Assembly: GCA_965207375.1 (NCBI GenBank)
Contig: OZ242274.1
Span: forward strand, 1,248,001 to 1,312,000
Reading direction: 5' to 3'
Origin: Nitrosopumilaceae archaeon
GTDB taxonomy: Archaea > Thermoproteota > Nitrososphaeria > Nitrososphaerales > Nitrosopumilaceae
Length of the DNA: 64,000 nt
Shown: positions 42,463-52,522 of the stretch, one piece after another
Position numbering within the stretch: the stretch's first letter is position 1
Layout: every line of letters begins with the position of its first letter
The notes under the pieces: model-generated
Database searches by the model: none
The model's input: the letters and a program-made list of their open reading frames with translations, nothing else
Told to the model about the DNA's origin: nothing
Translations under genes and position numbers: made by a program

Positions 42463-43569
42463 ATGAGCAATTGGGACCTAATGATGCCCGGCATGGGCCT
42501 TACGTCAATTGGTTTGGCAGGCGTTGTTTTAGCATATGCCGAAATTGCTCATACATTTATTGACGGATTGCACGCCTTGGCAGGTCTTACTATGTTTATC
42601 GGCCTGATAATTTTGGCAGTTGGAATCTTAGATGGGGGAGTCTCCACTAGCAATAGGGCAAAGGCCACAGTTTTGGTCATACTGTCAATTTCGCTGGGAT
42701 TTGGCGCATATGCATTCATATTTAATACTGTAAGCACTACGGGAATATTTGCAGGAATTTTAATGGCAATTGCAGCACCTGCAACAATTATTGCATACAT
42801 TTCAATGAAGCACCCGGAGGTTTTAAAGCCCATATCTGCAATTTTTATCATGGGCTCAATTGCAGGCATTGCAGCATTTGTTGTATTTGGGGTTGTAGGG
42901 CCATCACCATATCTGATTTCAGAGGAGGTAATAGTAGAAGAGATTCTAGAAGAGCCGAGTCAAGCTCAGCTTAATCTGCCCGAATTTAGGATTGCAATGT
43001 TAGAAGGCTCTGCACAACAAGGTGCCCCCGACTATGATCCTGATGAGGCAAGGGTGCCGCAGGGCCACGTCGTAGTTTGGGTAAATGAAGATTCTGTTGC
43101 CCATACTGCAACTAGCCAGGACGACTTTGGCGATACATTTGACACGAGTCTGATTGATAACGGTGAGGAGTATAGGTTAGACACAACGGATTTAGCAGTA
43201 GGACAATATCCTTACTTTTGCATCGTGCATCCGTGGATGTCTTCTGTTTTAATTATAGAAGACCCAAATGAATCTGCAACTGTTGAGGTTTTGATTCCGG
43301 GTGGTGCAGGAGTATTGCAGCAGGGCCAAATATACTATGACCCTGAGACAATTGAGATAGCTGCAGGCACTACAGTTGTCTGGACTAATGATGATATTGC
43401 AGCACATACTGTAACCTCAGGCAGCACGGCTGATGGAATCTCTGATTTGTTTGACTCTGGATTGATGCCAAAAGATGCCGTATTTGAGCAGACATTTGAT
43501 GACGCAGGAGAGTTTGATTACTTTTGCATACTGCACCCTTGGATGGAAGGAACAGTAATAGTGAATTAA
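42463..43569 (+). CDS. multi-TM protein with two plastocyanin-like copper domains
   Basis: TM N-terminus; YFCIVHPWM and YFCILHPWM. Confidence 0.92.
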   Translation: MSNWDLMMPGMGLTSIGLAGVVLAYAEIAHTFIDGLHALAGLTMFIGLIILAVGILDGGVSTSNRAKATVLVILSISLGFGAYAFIFNTVSTTGIFAGILMAIAAPATIIAYISMKHPEVLKPISAIFIMGSIAGIAAFVVFGVVGPSPYLISEEVIVEEILEEPSQAQLNLPEFRIAMLEGSAQQGAPDYDPDEARVPQGHVVVWVNEDSVAHTATSQDDFGDTFDTSLIDNGEEYRLDTTDLAVGQYPYFCIVHPWMSSVLIIEDPNESATVEVLIPGGAGVLQQGQIYYDPETIEIAAGTTVVWTNDDIAAHTVTSGSTADGISDLFDSGLMPKDAVFEQTFDDAGEFDYFCILHPWMEGTVIVN

Positions 43570-43571
43570 GC

Positions 43572-43976
43572 TTGATAAATGCAATACACATAACAGATGC
43601 CCAAAAACAAATTCTTGTAGGCCACGCACAAAAGTCTCATCCAAACGAGTCATGCGCCATACTTTATGGTACTATGAAATCATTACATGCCAAAATTGAA
43701 GATATCTTTTTTGCAGACAATGCAGACGAGTCTCCAACTAGCTTTACAATCTCAAATGAACAGCTAATTGAAGCATACAAAAAGGCAAAAGACTGCAATA
43801 CTTCTGTAATTGGCATATTTCACTCACATCCTGGCTCAGAGGCAAGACCCTCAGATACGGATAAAAAATTCATGGAGATAAATCCAATAGTGTGGCTAAT
43901 TTATTCTGGAATTGATGATGATTTTAGGGCCTATGTTTTAGAAAAAGACATACGAGAAATTGAGGTTACGTGTTAG
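43572..43976 (+). CDS. JAMM/MPN+ (M67) metalloprotease
   Basis: PNESCAIL, FHSHP....PSDTD JAMM motif; start approximate. Confidence 0.9.
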   Translation: MINAIHITDAQKQILVGHAQKSHPNESCAILYGTMKSLHAKIEDIFFADNADESPTSFTISNEQLIEAYKKAKDCNTSVIGIFHSHPGSEARPSDTDKKFMEINPIVWLIYSGIDDDFRAYVLEKDIREIEVTC

Positions 43977-44279
43977 GTTTTGTCAAGGATACCCTGCTGT
44001 AACGGTTCTTGATATCATTGCCGTAACCTGCACTCAGGCCTTGCATGCAGTTTCATGAATCTAAAAATCAGAGTAACTTTAGAAAGTCTATCTGATGCCA
44101 TTGACTAGAGCAGCCTAAATAACAAAAGAGTCAGACCTACTAGAATTAATATTTCGGCGAGACCTACACGTGGCAGTATTCTTGTATTGCCTACCTTTCT
44201 CAGAGTAGTGGTTACTTTGGTTGAATTTATCGCCATAACAAATATAATCTACAATAATATTTATGCGTAGTGATTTTAA

Positions 44280-44380
44280 CAGCTAAGCGAAATGTGATCT
44301 AAATTCTTACCCCGCCCATATTGTTCTATTTGCATTTAGGAATAGATTTTAGCCTATTTTATCCACATTTCGTTTAGCTG
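44280..44380. mobile_element. 101-bp MITE with CAG..CTG ends and 5-bp TSD
   Basis: TIR CAGCTAAGCGAAATGTG / CACATTTCGTTTAGCTG (16/17); TTTAA on both flanks. Confidence 0.8.
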
Positions 44381-44835
44381 TTTAAAAAAGAATGCAATGC
44401 AAACTCGTGTAATCAGGCACGTAATGTCATAATAATTGGATTTATAGTTCCAATCTTTTTTGTGATTACTACGTGTCGCTGAACTTAACCTCTTACCGGA
44501 TTCAAATCAACAATTATATCATATTTGGAAAAAAGATGAAAAATAATTAAAAAACGAGATAATAATTGAGATTAAAAATTCACTGGAGCATATAGCACAT
44601 ATCGGACACGTTGACATGAGCATACTGCAAAGTTTGGATAAATTAAGACAAATACTGGAAACATCAAAGACAAAATGGTTAGAAATGTCAAACTCTGACG
44701 GGTTTTATTTTTATCAGGCACTGAGGAACATTGAGTTGGTACTAGGAAAAATGGAGTATCACTTTAAAAATTCTAAACATGCAAACGATAATCCAAAGAT
44801 TGCAGAGGATGCCTTGATGCTACTGCCATCCGTAG

Positions 44836-46311
44836 TAGTTAGTGTTATAACCCCTCTCTATTTCCACATGAGGGACATAGTACACCAATGTTCAAGTCGT
44901 ATGTTTATGCTATTGCCCTCCTTTGTACCTGTAACATCTTGTTGTAGATGTGTACCTTGAGATTAATCTCTTGTATGATGTTTTCCCACGTTACAGCAGA
45001 TACCGAATCACCAAACAGTCGCTTAATTGATGATATTACTATCTCAACTATCCATCTTTTGCCATATTGCACCCTTTTTTTCCAGACCTTCCTGTTTGCC
45101 TCGCGTTCTTCTTTTGTCAGCTGTGCAAATTTTTTAGGATCTGATACATCACCACCTAGTTGATCAATGGCTGCAAGAGTACGATCCCTACTGACACCAT
45201 CTGAACGCGTATTTGCATTGTGTTTTATTCTGATGCATGGTTTGATTTTTAGCTTTTTACATAATGCAAATATTTTACGCGAGTCAAACCCACCGTCTGC
45301 CCGCACGACTATTTTTAATTCATCCAATAATTCATTATTCAGAGATTGATATTCTTGCATGTCGTCTTCATCTTTCTGTGAATCTGCAATTGGATGTTCT
45401 GGGTCATCTGCTTTTTGACATGCTGATTGATCCTCATTTGATTTCTCTGCTTGGTTAATTCTGTCTGCAACATCTATACCGCAGTTTTCTAGTGCAGTAC
45501 ACGTAAGTTCCTCAAACTGTGGGGCCTCACCTATCCTTTCATCTGTTACGCTAAAGGAGAGTATCTCACGCGTGTCAGTATCTACAACAATGACAAACCT
45601 GATGAATCCGTGCTGTACTTTGTGCCTGTACCTGATGTATTCGCTTCTCTTACTAGGACTGAGACCAGTACCATCAGGTGCAAGATGAAGTGCACTCTTT
45701 TTGCCTTGTGCCGTAATGAGGTCATCTTTGATTGACACCTTGACGGTTTTCATTCTTTTTTGGATCTGACTAAAGCTTGGAACATACTCTTGGCCTAGTG
45801 CCTCTGTTGCAAAGCCTTCTAGTATGCGATAGGATAATCCACAAAATGCCCTCATTGTTGCAAGAGCTAGTATTGTAGATTCTGCGTATCTGTAAGGGTG
45901 ACCGTTTTTCTTTTTGTTGGCTCTTTTGAGTTCATCGTCATGATCTGGATTTTTTTTGGGATATATCATGCGTCCAACTGCTAGATATCTTGCATCGTTT
46001 TGTGCATTGGTCATCTTTAGACGTGATTTTTGCTTTGGTTTACTCGAAACTTTTTGCTCTGTCAATATTGTGACCTCCTGTAAATCATGTACCAGGCGTT
46101 GCCGAAGATTTTATACCTCCTTGGTTTGTATTGTATCAGGATTGTTTGCTCATCTCTTATGTGCAATCTGAGATGAGTAGGCAATCCTACTATTTGGATC
46201 TGAAAGGTCAAACTTTGTCTATTATATCATCAAATTGATTTCTCCCAGACCGAATCTGGCCTGAAAATTGCAAATTTTGAAAAATTCTAGGCAGGGTTAT
46301 AACACAAACTA
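44836..46311 (-). mobile_element. complete IS5-like insertion sequence, 1476 bp
   Basis: 18-bp TIRs TAGTTAGTGTTATAACCC / GGGTTATAACACAAACTA (17/18); 8-bp TSD ATCCGTAG at 44828-44835 and 46312-46319. Confidence 0.93.
44905..46065 (-). CDS. DDE transposase (IS5/IS4 superfamily)
   Basis: PDGTGL, ADGGFDS, YGKRWIVE..ISSIK (Y-R-E-K signature); GGAGGT upstream of the TTG start. Confidence 0.93.
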   Translation of the reverse strand: MTEQKVSSKPKQKSRLKMTNAQNDARYLAVGRMIYPKKNPDHDDELKRANKKKNGHPYRYAESTILALATMRAFCGLSYRILEGFATEALGQEYVPSFSQIQKRMKTVKVSIKDDLITAQGKKSALHLAPDGTGLSPSKRSEYIRYRHKVQHGFIRFVIVVDTDTREILSFSVTDERIGEAPQFEELTCTALENCGIDVADRINQAEKSNEDQSACQKADDPEHPIADSQKDEDDMQEYQSLNNELLDELKIVVRADGGFDSRKIFALCKKLKIKPCIRIKHNANTRSDGVSRDRTLAAIDQLGGDVSDPKKFAQLTKEEREANRKVWKKRVQYGKRWIVEIVISSIKRLFGDSVSAVTWENIIQEINLKVHIYNKMLQVQRRAIA

Positions 46312-46593
46312 ATCCGTAGATAACCTACTAAACACCGCCCAAAAATTCTACACTAGTGAAGAGACAATCAATCATGTGTTAAAACAAACACAGCATTTAC
46401 GCAAGCCGTTTTATCGCCTCTACTTCCTCTTCATAGTCTAGTTCATATTGTCTTTCACTGTCATGATCAATGTTATGCATACAACCACTATTTTATCATC
46501 TGAAATATTACTCATATGATAACCAATTTTGTAATTGTTAACGTCCTACCGTCTTCTAGATCATGTATGGCAAAATCACCTTTCCAATAAATC

Positions 46594-46694
46594 GTATCTG
46601 TTAACGTTGTTTTGCATTTATGGTATTTTTAGACACAAAATTACTTTATTATCAAAAAATAGAACAAAAATCTAGACCTGATGTTAACATTTAC
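46594..46694 (+). mobile_element. MITE family 1 copy
   Basis: GTATCTGTTAACGTTGTTTTG ... ATGTTAACATTTAC; a further family end GTAATTGTTAACGTC lies at 46531-46545. Confidence 0.8.
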
Positions 46695-46801
46695 AATCTT
46701 TCCTATGACAACTCAAATTCATGTCTTGACCTATAGCTGGCAGTTAACGCAAAAAACTCGTTTGATCCTTGAATTAAATATCCCTTTTATCTAGAGCATG
46801 C

Positions 46802-47059
46802 ATGGAAATTCACGTATACGATACATACGTAAAAGCAAAAGACGGCCATACCATGCACTTTGACGTTATCACAAAGGAAAAGGATCACGACAAGGCATTA
46901 GAGTATGCAAAAACATGGCTGTCATCAGTTGACGAAGGCGAATCTGTTGTAACTACCGAAGAGTGCCAATTCTGTCACTCACAAGCAGCACCTGCACCAG
47001 TCGTTGAAGCAATTGAAAAAGACGGATACTTTATCCAAAAAATGGAAGGCTGTCCTTAG
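46802..47059 (+). CDS. DUF2024 family protein
   Basis: VYDTYV..KDG.TMHFDVI, ECQFCHS. Confidence 0.85.
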   Translation: MEIHVYDTYVKAKDGHTMHFDVITKEKDHDKALEYAKTWLSSVDEGESVVTTEECQFCHSQAAPAPVVEAIEKDGYFIQKMEGCP

Positions 47060-47112
47060 ACACCTCTTTTCCTTTTTTCAAAGTTTTTATTATAATTAAG
47101 AGTATTTCATAT

Positions 47113-47292
47113 GTGAAAATACAATATTCCAAACTAACAGTTGAAGGAGACAAAAAAACAAGATGGATTTGCGGCTGCTTTGAAACTATAGATGGATATT
47201 TCAAATTCTGTGCAAAGCATGACAGTACCATGACTAGGGCAATCAAATCACAAATTGATGATCTTGATATGACTATAGTAGTAAATGATTAA
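47113..47292 (+). CDS. 59-aa hypothetical protein
   Basis: GTG start; KIQYSKLTVEGDKKTRWICGCFETIDGYFKFCAKH...; CxC and CxxH. Confidence 0.65.
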   Translation: MKIQYSKLTVEGDKKTRWICGCFETIDGYFKFCAKHDSTMTRAIKSQIDDLDMTIVVND

Positions 47293-49334
47293 AGCGCAAT
47301 GATTGCAACAAATGTTGATACAAACACAATTGCAATTGTGTTTAACAGCTTGATTACTGTGTTCAGTGCAGGACCTGCCGTATCCTTGTAAGGGTCACCT
47401 ATGATGTCCCCTACAACTGCAACCTTGTGTATCTCACTTCCTTTTTCTCCTCGCATTTCTACAAGTTTTTTGGCATTATCCCATGCACCGCCGGTATTTG
47501 CTAGGTGATATGCAAGAAAGATTCCAGTAACTACAGATCCCATCAAGAGTCCTGCAACTGCTGTGGGTCCAAGTAAAACTCCCAAAATAATGGGCGATAT
47601 AATTGCAATAATTGCAGGCTTCCATAGTTCCTTGATTGAGGCCACAGTTGCAATATCGACACATTTGGCATAATTTGGAGTTGATTCTCCGGTAAGAATT
47701 TTTGGGTCTGCCTTGAACTGTCTTCTTACCTCGTCTACCATTTTGCCTGCTGCCCTAGATACTCCATTGATCAGCTGTCCTGTAATGATAAATGGAATCA
47801 ATCCGCCTACTAATAGTCCGACAACTACTGCCGGATTAGTTAGGCTATAATCTAGATCCAAAATACCTGCAAATACGTGGGCTGCCTCAAATTGAAATGC
47901 CTGAATCATTGCAAGAGCTGCGAGAGCCGCACTTGCTATTGCAAATCCCTTAGTCACTGCTTTTGTGGTGTTGCCTACTGCATCAATTTCATCAGTAACC
48001 TTGCGATTTTCTTCACCCATTCCAGTCATCTCTACTATGCCGCCTGCATTATCTGCAATGGGCCCAAACGCATCAATGCTTAGTACGATTCCTGCCAGAC
48101 TCAGCATTGCCATGGCAGTCAATGATGTTCCAAATATTCCATAAAGAACAGGGTCTGCACCCTCTGGGGCAGCTGCTGCTGATATACTAAATGATACTAT
48201 AATTGCCACAACTAGTGCAATCATAAATGGCCCAGTTGACTGTAGTCCTTTGATAATGCCCATCAATGTCAATGATGCATATCCCCATTTTGCAGCGTCT
48301 GCAATCTCATTTACAGGGCCATATTTGTAATTTGTATATCTGTCGGTAATTTTCTGAATTACAGGTACTAAAATGACGCCAATTACTGTTGCTCCAAAGA
48401 GGGCGTATGCTGCTGCGTTATCTGAGATGAACTGCTGTGTAAAAAAGTAGTTTAGACCTATAGCAATTCCTGCTGAGACATAAAATGAGCGATTAAGTGG
48501 TTTCATAACGTCTGTGACTCCTTTGGAGCCTACAATTACAACGCCTATGATTGAGGCAATCATTCCAGAGGCTCCAATCAAAATCGGATACAGGAATAAT
48601 TCGGGTGCTCCAATTAGTGCAGTGATTAACAACGCTGCCAAAATTGTAACGATATACGACTCGTAAACATCAGAACCCATGCCTGCAGCATCGCCTACGT
48701 TATCGCCCACATTGTCTGCAATTGTTGCTGGATTTCTTGGGTCGTCTTCAGGTATGTTGGCCTCTACCTTTCCTACTAGGTCTGCTCCCATGTCTGCAGC
48801 CTTTGTAAATATGCCTCCGCCGATTCTGATAAACAATGCAATCAGGCTTGCGCCGATTCCAACGCCTGCTATGGTAATTGGATCCTGATAAATAAGATAT
48901 AGTCCGGTAATTGCCAAAAGTGCCATGGCAGGAACTGCTAGGCCTACTGTGGCTCCGCCTCTAAACGCCATGACAAACGTTTTGCCTAGTCCGCTACTGC
49001 TAAGATTTGCAGCCCTTACTGCTGCCTTTACTGTAATTTTCAATGATATTATGCCTGCTACTGCAGACAGTGTTGCACCTACTGCAAATGCGATACCATT
49101 AGAATATTGCAAAAATGCGCCAATTATGACAGATAACGCAATTGCTACCGGAATTATAATCTTCATCTCTCTTTTTAAAAATGCTGCTGCTCCCACTCTG
49201 ACTGCATCTGATATGGCCTGCATCTCCTTGGTACCGGGATCCTGCTTTACAATCCATGCAACTAATCCTCCTGCCACGCCAAATGATGCAATACCTGCGA
49301 TAATTGGCAACAATTCGGCAATACCAAATTCCAT
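47289..49334 (-). CDS. hppA: membrane-bound proton-translocating pyrophosphatase
   Basis: GGIFTKAADMGADLVGKVE, EDDPRN, DNVGDNVGD, GNTTKA, GDPYKDT. Confidence 0.96.
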   Translation of the reverse strand: MEFGIAELLPIIAGIASFGVAGGLVAWIVKQDPGTKEMQAISDAVRVGAAAFLKREMKIIIPVAIALSVIIGAFLQYSNGIAFAVGATLSAVAGIISLKITVKAAVRAANLSSSGLGKTFVMAFRGGATVGLAVPAMALLAITGLYLIYQDPITIAGVGIGASLIALFIRIGGGIFTKAADMGADLVGKVEANIPEDDPRNPATIADNVGDNVGDAAGMGSDVYESYIVTILAALLITALIGAPELFLYPILIGASGMIASIIGVVIVGSKGVTDVMKPLNRSFYVSAGIAIGLNYFFTQQFISDNAAAYALFGATVIGVILVPVIQKITDRYTNYKYGPVNEIADAAKWGYASLTLMGIIKGLQSTGPFMIALVVAIIVSFSISAAAAPEGADPVLYGIFGTSLTAMAMLSLAGIVLSIDAFGPIADNAGGIVEMTGMGEENRKVTDEIDAVGNTTKAVTKGFAIASAALAALAMIQAFQFEAAHVFAGILDLDYSLTNPAVVVGLLVGGLIPFIITGQLINGVSRAAGKMVDEVRRQFKADPKILTGESTPNYAKCVDIATVASIKELWKPAIIAIISPIILGVLLGPTAVAGLLMGSVVTGIFLAYHLANTGGAWDNAKKLVEMRGEKGSEIHKVAVVGDIIGDPYKDTAGPALNTVIKLLNTIAIVFVSTFVAIIAL

Positions 49335-49370
49335 ATTCTATCAGCTTTGCCTTTTACTGTGAAATATAAA

Positions 49371-49745
49371 TCATAAAGAGCTATGGGTTCGCTTTTTGTA
49401 TGGTGCAAATCTCTTACCCCTCAAGCCTCCTCTGACCAGCTTGTTAAAGCGCTTGCCGTGAGCCAGATATGGAAATCTCATATGGATCAGTTCATGAACT
49501 ATGGTGTTTTCAAGTGTCTTTTCGTCAGGTATTTTTCTAACGTTTATGAAAACCATATTGTGTTGTAAATAAGACACGCCGTAATACTTGTATGCCGATG
49601 TACGTCTACCTTGGGTCATCTCTTTTGGTGCATCTAGAACCTCCTTTGTGGTCAACAGTACATGTGGCTCTATAATTGAAAAACGACTAGAGTAAATTCC
49701 AATTTTTTCTAAAATCAAAAGACGCAGTTCGGGATCCAGCTTCAT
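49371..49745 (-). CDS. small zincin-like (HExxH) protein
   Basis: TIVHELIH....HGKRF. Confidence 0.75.
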   Translation of the reverse strand: MKLDPELRLLILEKIGIYSSRFSIIEPHVLLTTKEVLDAPKEMTQGRRTSAYKYYGVSYLQHNMVFINVRKIPDEKTLENTIVHELIHMRFPYLAHGKRFNKLVRGGLRGKRFAPYKKRTHSSL

Positions 49746-49986
49746 ACAGTACCTTGATGTATTGTGCCTATATTTTCAAATGTCAAAAGTTACTCTAGAT
49801 TTGGTTGAATTGAATTATCTGTCACTATTTGTTCTTTGATGCTTGTTTACGTAATAGTTCTAATTTGTGCTCAAGTGGTGATATAATGATTGAAAAATTA
49901 TGTATAATGTGAACATGTAAATTAAATTTTGATTAAAGGGTCAGAAATTAGTATGTGTAATCATCAATCATACAGCCACCGGCTCA

Positions 49987-50493
49987 TCATTCCCCTGGTT
50001 TCATTGAATCAACTAGTCTTTGTGTTTTTTGTCTTATTTTGTCATCTATGCAAACTATTACCATTCCCTCATTTGGCTGGCCATAAAGTACAACAGAATT
50101 ATCAGGTGCATAAATGCAGACAGGAAGCACTAACAGGTCTTCCTCACCTGTAACCTCTAGTCTGACAGGAACACTAGACAAAAACGCTTTTTTGATTTTT
50201 GAAACGCTTTGATCAGTTATTTGTCCTGCAGGATTTTGACACGTCATCTTAATTGTCCCTGTTGCAAGTTTGGGCTGATTCCTGTAAAGCCTCCTTTCTT
50301 GACCGTCTGTAATCTGCAAATCAGCAACAATGCCAAACTCTATTAATTTTTCCGTAGTTTTATCGCCTACTGTAATGATGTGTGCCGCATTTGCAGTGTG
50401 TGCAGAAATTGACGCATAATTTACTTGGTTGTCTGGCACAAGCGTGCCAAGCGGCACCTTTAGCTCATCGCGAAGTGTTTGGGGTAGTTTCAC
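49987..50493 (-). CDS. GTP-dependent dephospho-CoA kinase (DUF359)
   Basis: ITVGDKTT, NPAGQIT, GEEDLLVLP, LYGQPNEG; GTG 50493 preferred. Confidence 0.9.
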   Translation of the reverse strand: MKLPQTLRDELKVPLGTLVPDNQVNYASISAHTANAAHIITVGDKTTEKLIEFGIVADLQITDGQERRLYRNQPKLATGTIKMTCQNPAGQITDQSVSKIKKAFLSSVPVRLEVTGEEDLLVLPVCIYAPDNSVVLYGQPNEGMVIVCIDDKIRQKTQRLVDSMKPGE

Positions 50494-50500
50494 AGACAAT

Positions 50501-51616
50501 CTAGCTTTGCGGGGTATTTTCGTTTTCTGTTTGGCTTTTGGCCTCATCTTGTGCCATTTCCTCTTGTAGTTTTGCAGCCAATATGCTGCACTGTGCTGCA
50601 ATGTTTTTGGCAGCGGTTCTAAATGCTGCAGCACTTGGAGAATCTATATTGGTGATCATTATTGGCTTGCCCAAATCAGAACCTGACATGATTCCTGAAT
50701 TTAATGGAACATCGCCTAAAAATGGAATGTTAAACTGTTCGCTGATTTTTTTTGCGCCTCCGTCACCAAAAACATAATGTTTGTCATTGCAGTTTGGACA
50801 AATAAAGTGGCTCATGTTTTCAACAACTCCTATAATTGGCACGTTTAGCTTTTCAAACATTCCTATTGCCTTTGTTGCTACATTACTTGCCACATCTTGA
50901 GGGGTTGTAACAACTAGGATTCCGGTAATGGGAATGGTCTGTGCTAGTGTGAGTGGAATGTCTCCTGTACCAGGAGGCAAATCGACAATTAGATAATCTA
51001 GGTCAGACCAATTAGTGTCAACTAGAAACTGTTTTAAAATTCCAGAAATGATGGGACCTCTATATATTGCTGCCTGGTGTTCCTGTTCTGCAAAAAAACC
51101 AAATGAGACTACTTTTAGTCCATTAGAATCTGCAGGTTGTAGCTTGTTGTTATCTACCTCCATAAAGGCATCCTTCATTCCAAGCATTAACGGAATGCTT
51201 GGACCATAAATGTCTGCATCAAGTAAACCCACCTTTGCACCAGTTTGAGACAATGCTAGTGCAAGATTCAAAGATACTGTTGATTTACCAACTCCTCCCT
51301 TTCCGCTTGCAACGCCGATGATATTTTTAACAGTGGCCATTCCGGTGTCGTCATCTAAGGAGCGGCCCTCCATAACTTTGGCAGTCACGTTTAGCTCAAA
51401 GTTGGAAACGCCGTCTAGCTCTGAAATAACTTTGCGCACATCCTCTTCAATGTCTACATTAAACGGACATGCAGGTGTTGTTAATTCTAATGTAAATTTG
51501 AGGTCACCTTGATTTAGTTCCAAGTCTTTGATCATGCCCATTGAGACAATATCTTTTTTCAAATCTGGATCAATTACGGTACCTAGTTTTTCTAGAACTT
51601 GGTCAATGCCTACCAT
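50501..51616 (-). CDS. mrp: Mrp/ApbC/NBP35 Fe-S cluster carrier ATPase with N-terminal DUF59 domain
   Basis: LTTPACP, SGKGGVGKST, DLPPGTGD, ENMS..CPNC. Confidence 0.95.
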   Translation of the reverse strand: MVGIDQVLEKLGTVIDPDLKKDIVSMGMIKDLELNQGDLKFTLELTTPACPFNVDIEEDVRKVISELDGVSNFELNVTAKVMEGRSLDDDTGMATVKNIIGVASGKGGVGKSTVSLNLALALSQTGAKVGLLDADIYGPSIPLMLGMKDAFMEVDNNKLQPADSNGLKVVSFGFFAEQEHQAAIYRGPIISGILKQFLVDTNWSDLDYLIVDLPPGTGDIPLTLAQTIPITGILVVTTPQDVASNVATKAIGMFEKLNVPIIGVVENMSHFICPNCNDKHYVFGDGGAKKISEQFNIPFLGDVPLNSGIMSGSDLGKPIMITNIDSPSAAAFRTAAKNIAAQCSILAAKLQEEMAQDEAKSQTENENTPQS

Positions 51617-51848
51617 GAATCAAAAAATTATCCTGACATTATTTATTTTGTACACAAATTAGTTGACCCTAATTAATGTTAAAAGTTTAATCTATGCGTA
51701 TCACTATCTGATTCTAGGCATGACAGTGTCGTACATCTGCATCTATTTCAAATTTTATCTGGTATAGGCGTGATATTTTACAAACTCTAGAGATATTTTT
51801 TAAAAAACGGTGAACTATTAAGATCTTACATTAAACACACAAGACTGT

Positions 51849-52304
51849 ATGAAGCAACACACAAAGTGTAAAATTTATCCAATGATGTTGTCTGTAATAA
51901 TTGGACTGTCTCTACTTGCTCCAAGTGTGGTCATGCATGAGATTGGACACGCTGTTGCATGTGTTTGGCAAGGATTTGAGGTAATTGAGATCAATTTACT
52001 TTTGAGTTACATGATATGTTCCGAGTCAGACAATCAAATAGTCCATATTATGGGAGGTGCACTAGGTGGAGCCTCCATGTTGCCGTTTTTGTTGATAAAA
52101 AGAATCCGGAGTTACTTGCCTGTCTCACTTGGGCTAGTAACTGCTGCTATAACTCAGCTACTAAACATGATTCTGGAGGGATTTTCAAACTTGACATATA
52201 GGGCATTTGATCTTGAAAATTTGGTCTTTGCATTGGGGATTATCATGATAATATCACTTGTATTTTTACTTCGTTCTAGATTGTGTAAATATCATATTAT
52301 ATAA
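51849..52304 (+). CDS. membrane protein with HEIGH motif (M50-like peptidase)
   Basis: HEIGH inside the first hydrophobic segment; several TM helices. Confidence 0.65.
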   Translation: MKQHTKCKIYPMMLSVIIGLSLLAPSVVMHEIGHAVACVWQGFEVIEINLLLSYMICSESDNQIVHIMGGALGGASMLPFLLIKRIRSYLPVSLGLVTAAITQLLNMILEGFSNLTYRAFDLENLVFALGIIMIISLVFLLRSRLCKYHII

Positions 52305-52359
52305 TTGGTAAAATCTTTGGAGTCTTTGCCTTTTTTTGTCTAGTGCACTATATTATTTT

Positions 52360-52460
52360 GTATCTGTTAGTATCGTTTTGAATTTATGGTAATTTTAGAC
52401 ACCAAATTATTTTGCCGTCAAAAGATAGAATAAAAATTCAGGCGCGATGTTAACCCATAT
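52360..52460 (+). mobile_element. MITE family 1 copy
   Basis: GTATCTGTTAG...GAATTTATGGTAATTTTAGACA...AATTCAGGCGCGATGTTAAC, close to the 57335 copy. Confidence 0.8.
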
Positions 52461-52522
52461 TTTTTTGACGAATATAGTTACTTGTAATCTAACAATAAAT
52501 ATCGATTCAGCATTGTAAAAAC

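Larger units (their letters stand above)
44616..46441 (+). pseudogene. hypothetical gene interrupted by the IS
   Basis: Removing the IS and one TSD copy restores ...ALMLLPSV|DNLLNTAQKFYTSEETINHVLKQ... in frame to the stop at 46439-46441. Confidence 0.75.

Noticed and set aside
43977-44240. Possible RNase P RNA, riboswitch or pilin-like 43-aa ORF (MAINSTKV...GLAEILILVGL)
   Set aside because: No RNase P or riboswitch consensus found; the ORF lacks a globular domain and has no supporting evidence
44836-46311. This IS as the mobiliser of MITE family 1
   Set aside because: Both make 8-bp duplications, but the terminal sequences differ (TAGT.. versus GTATC/GCAAG..), so it is unsupported
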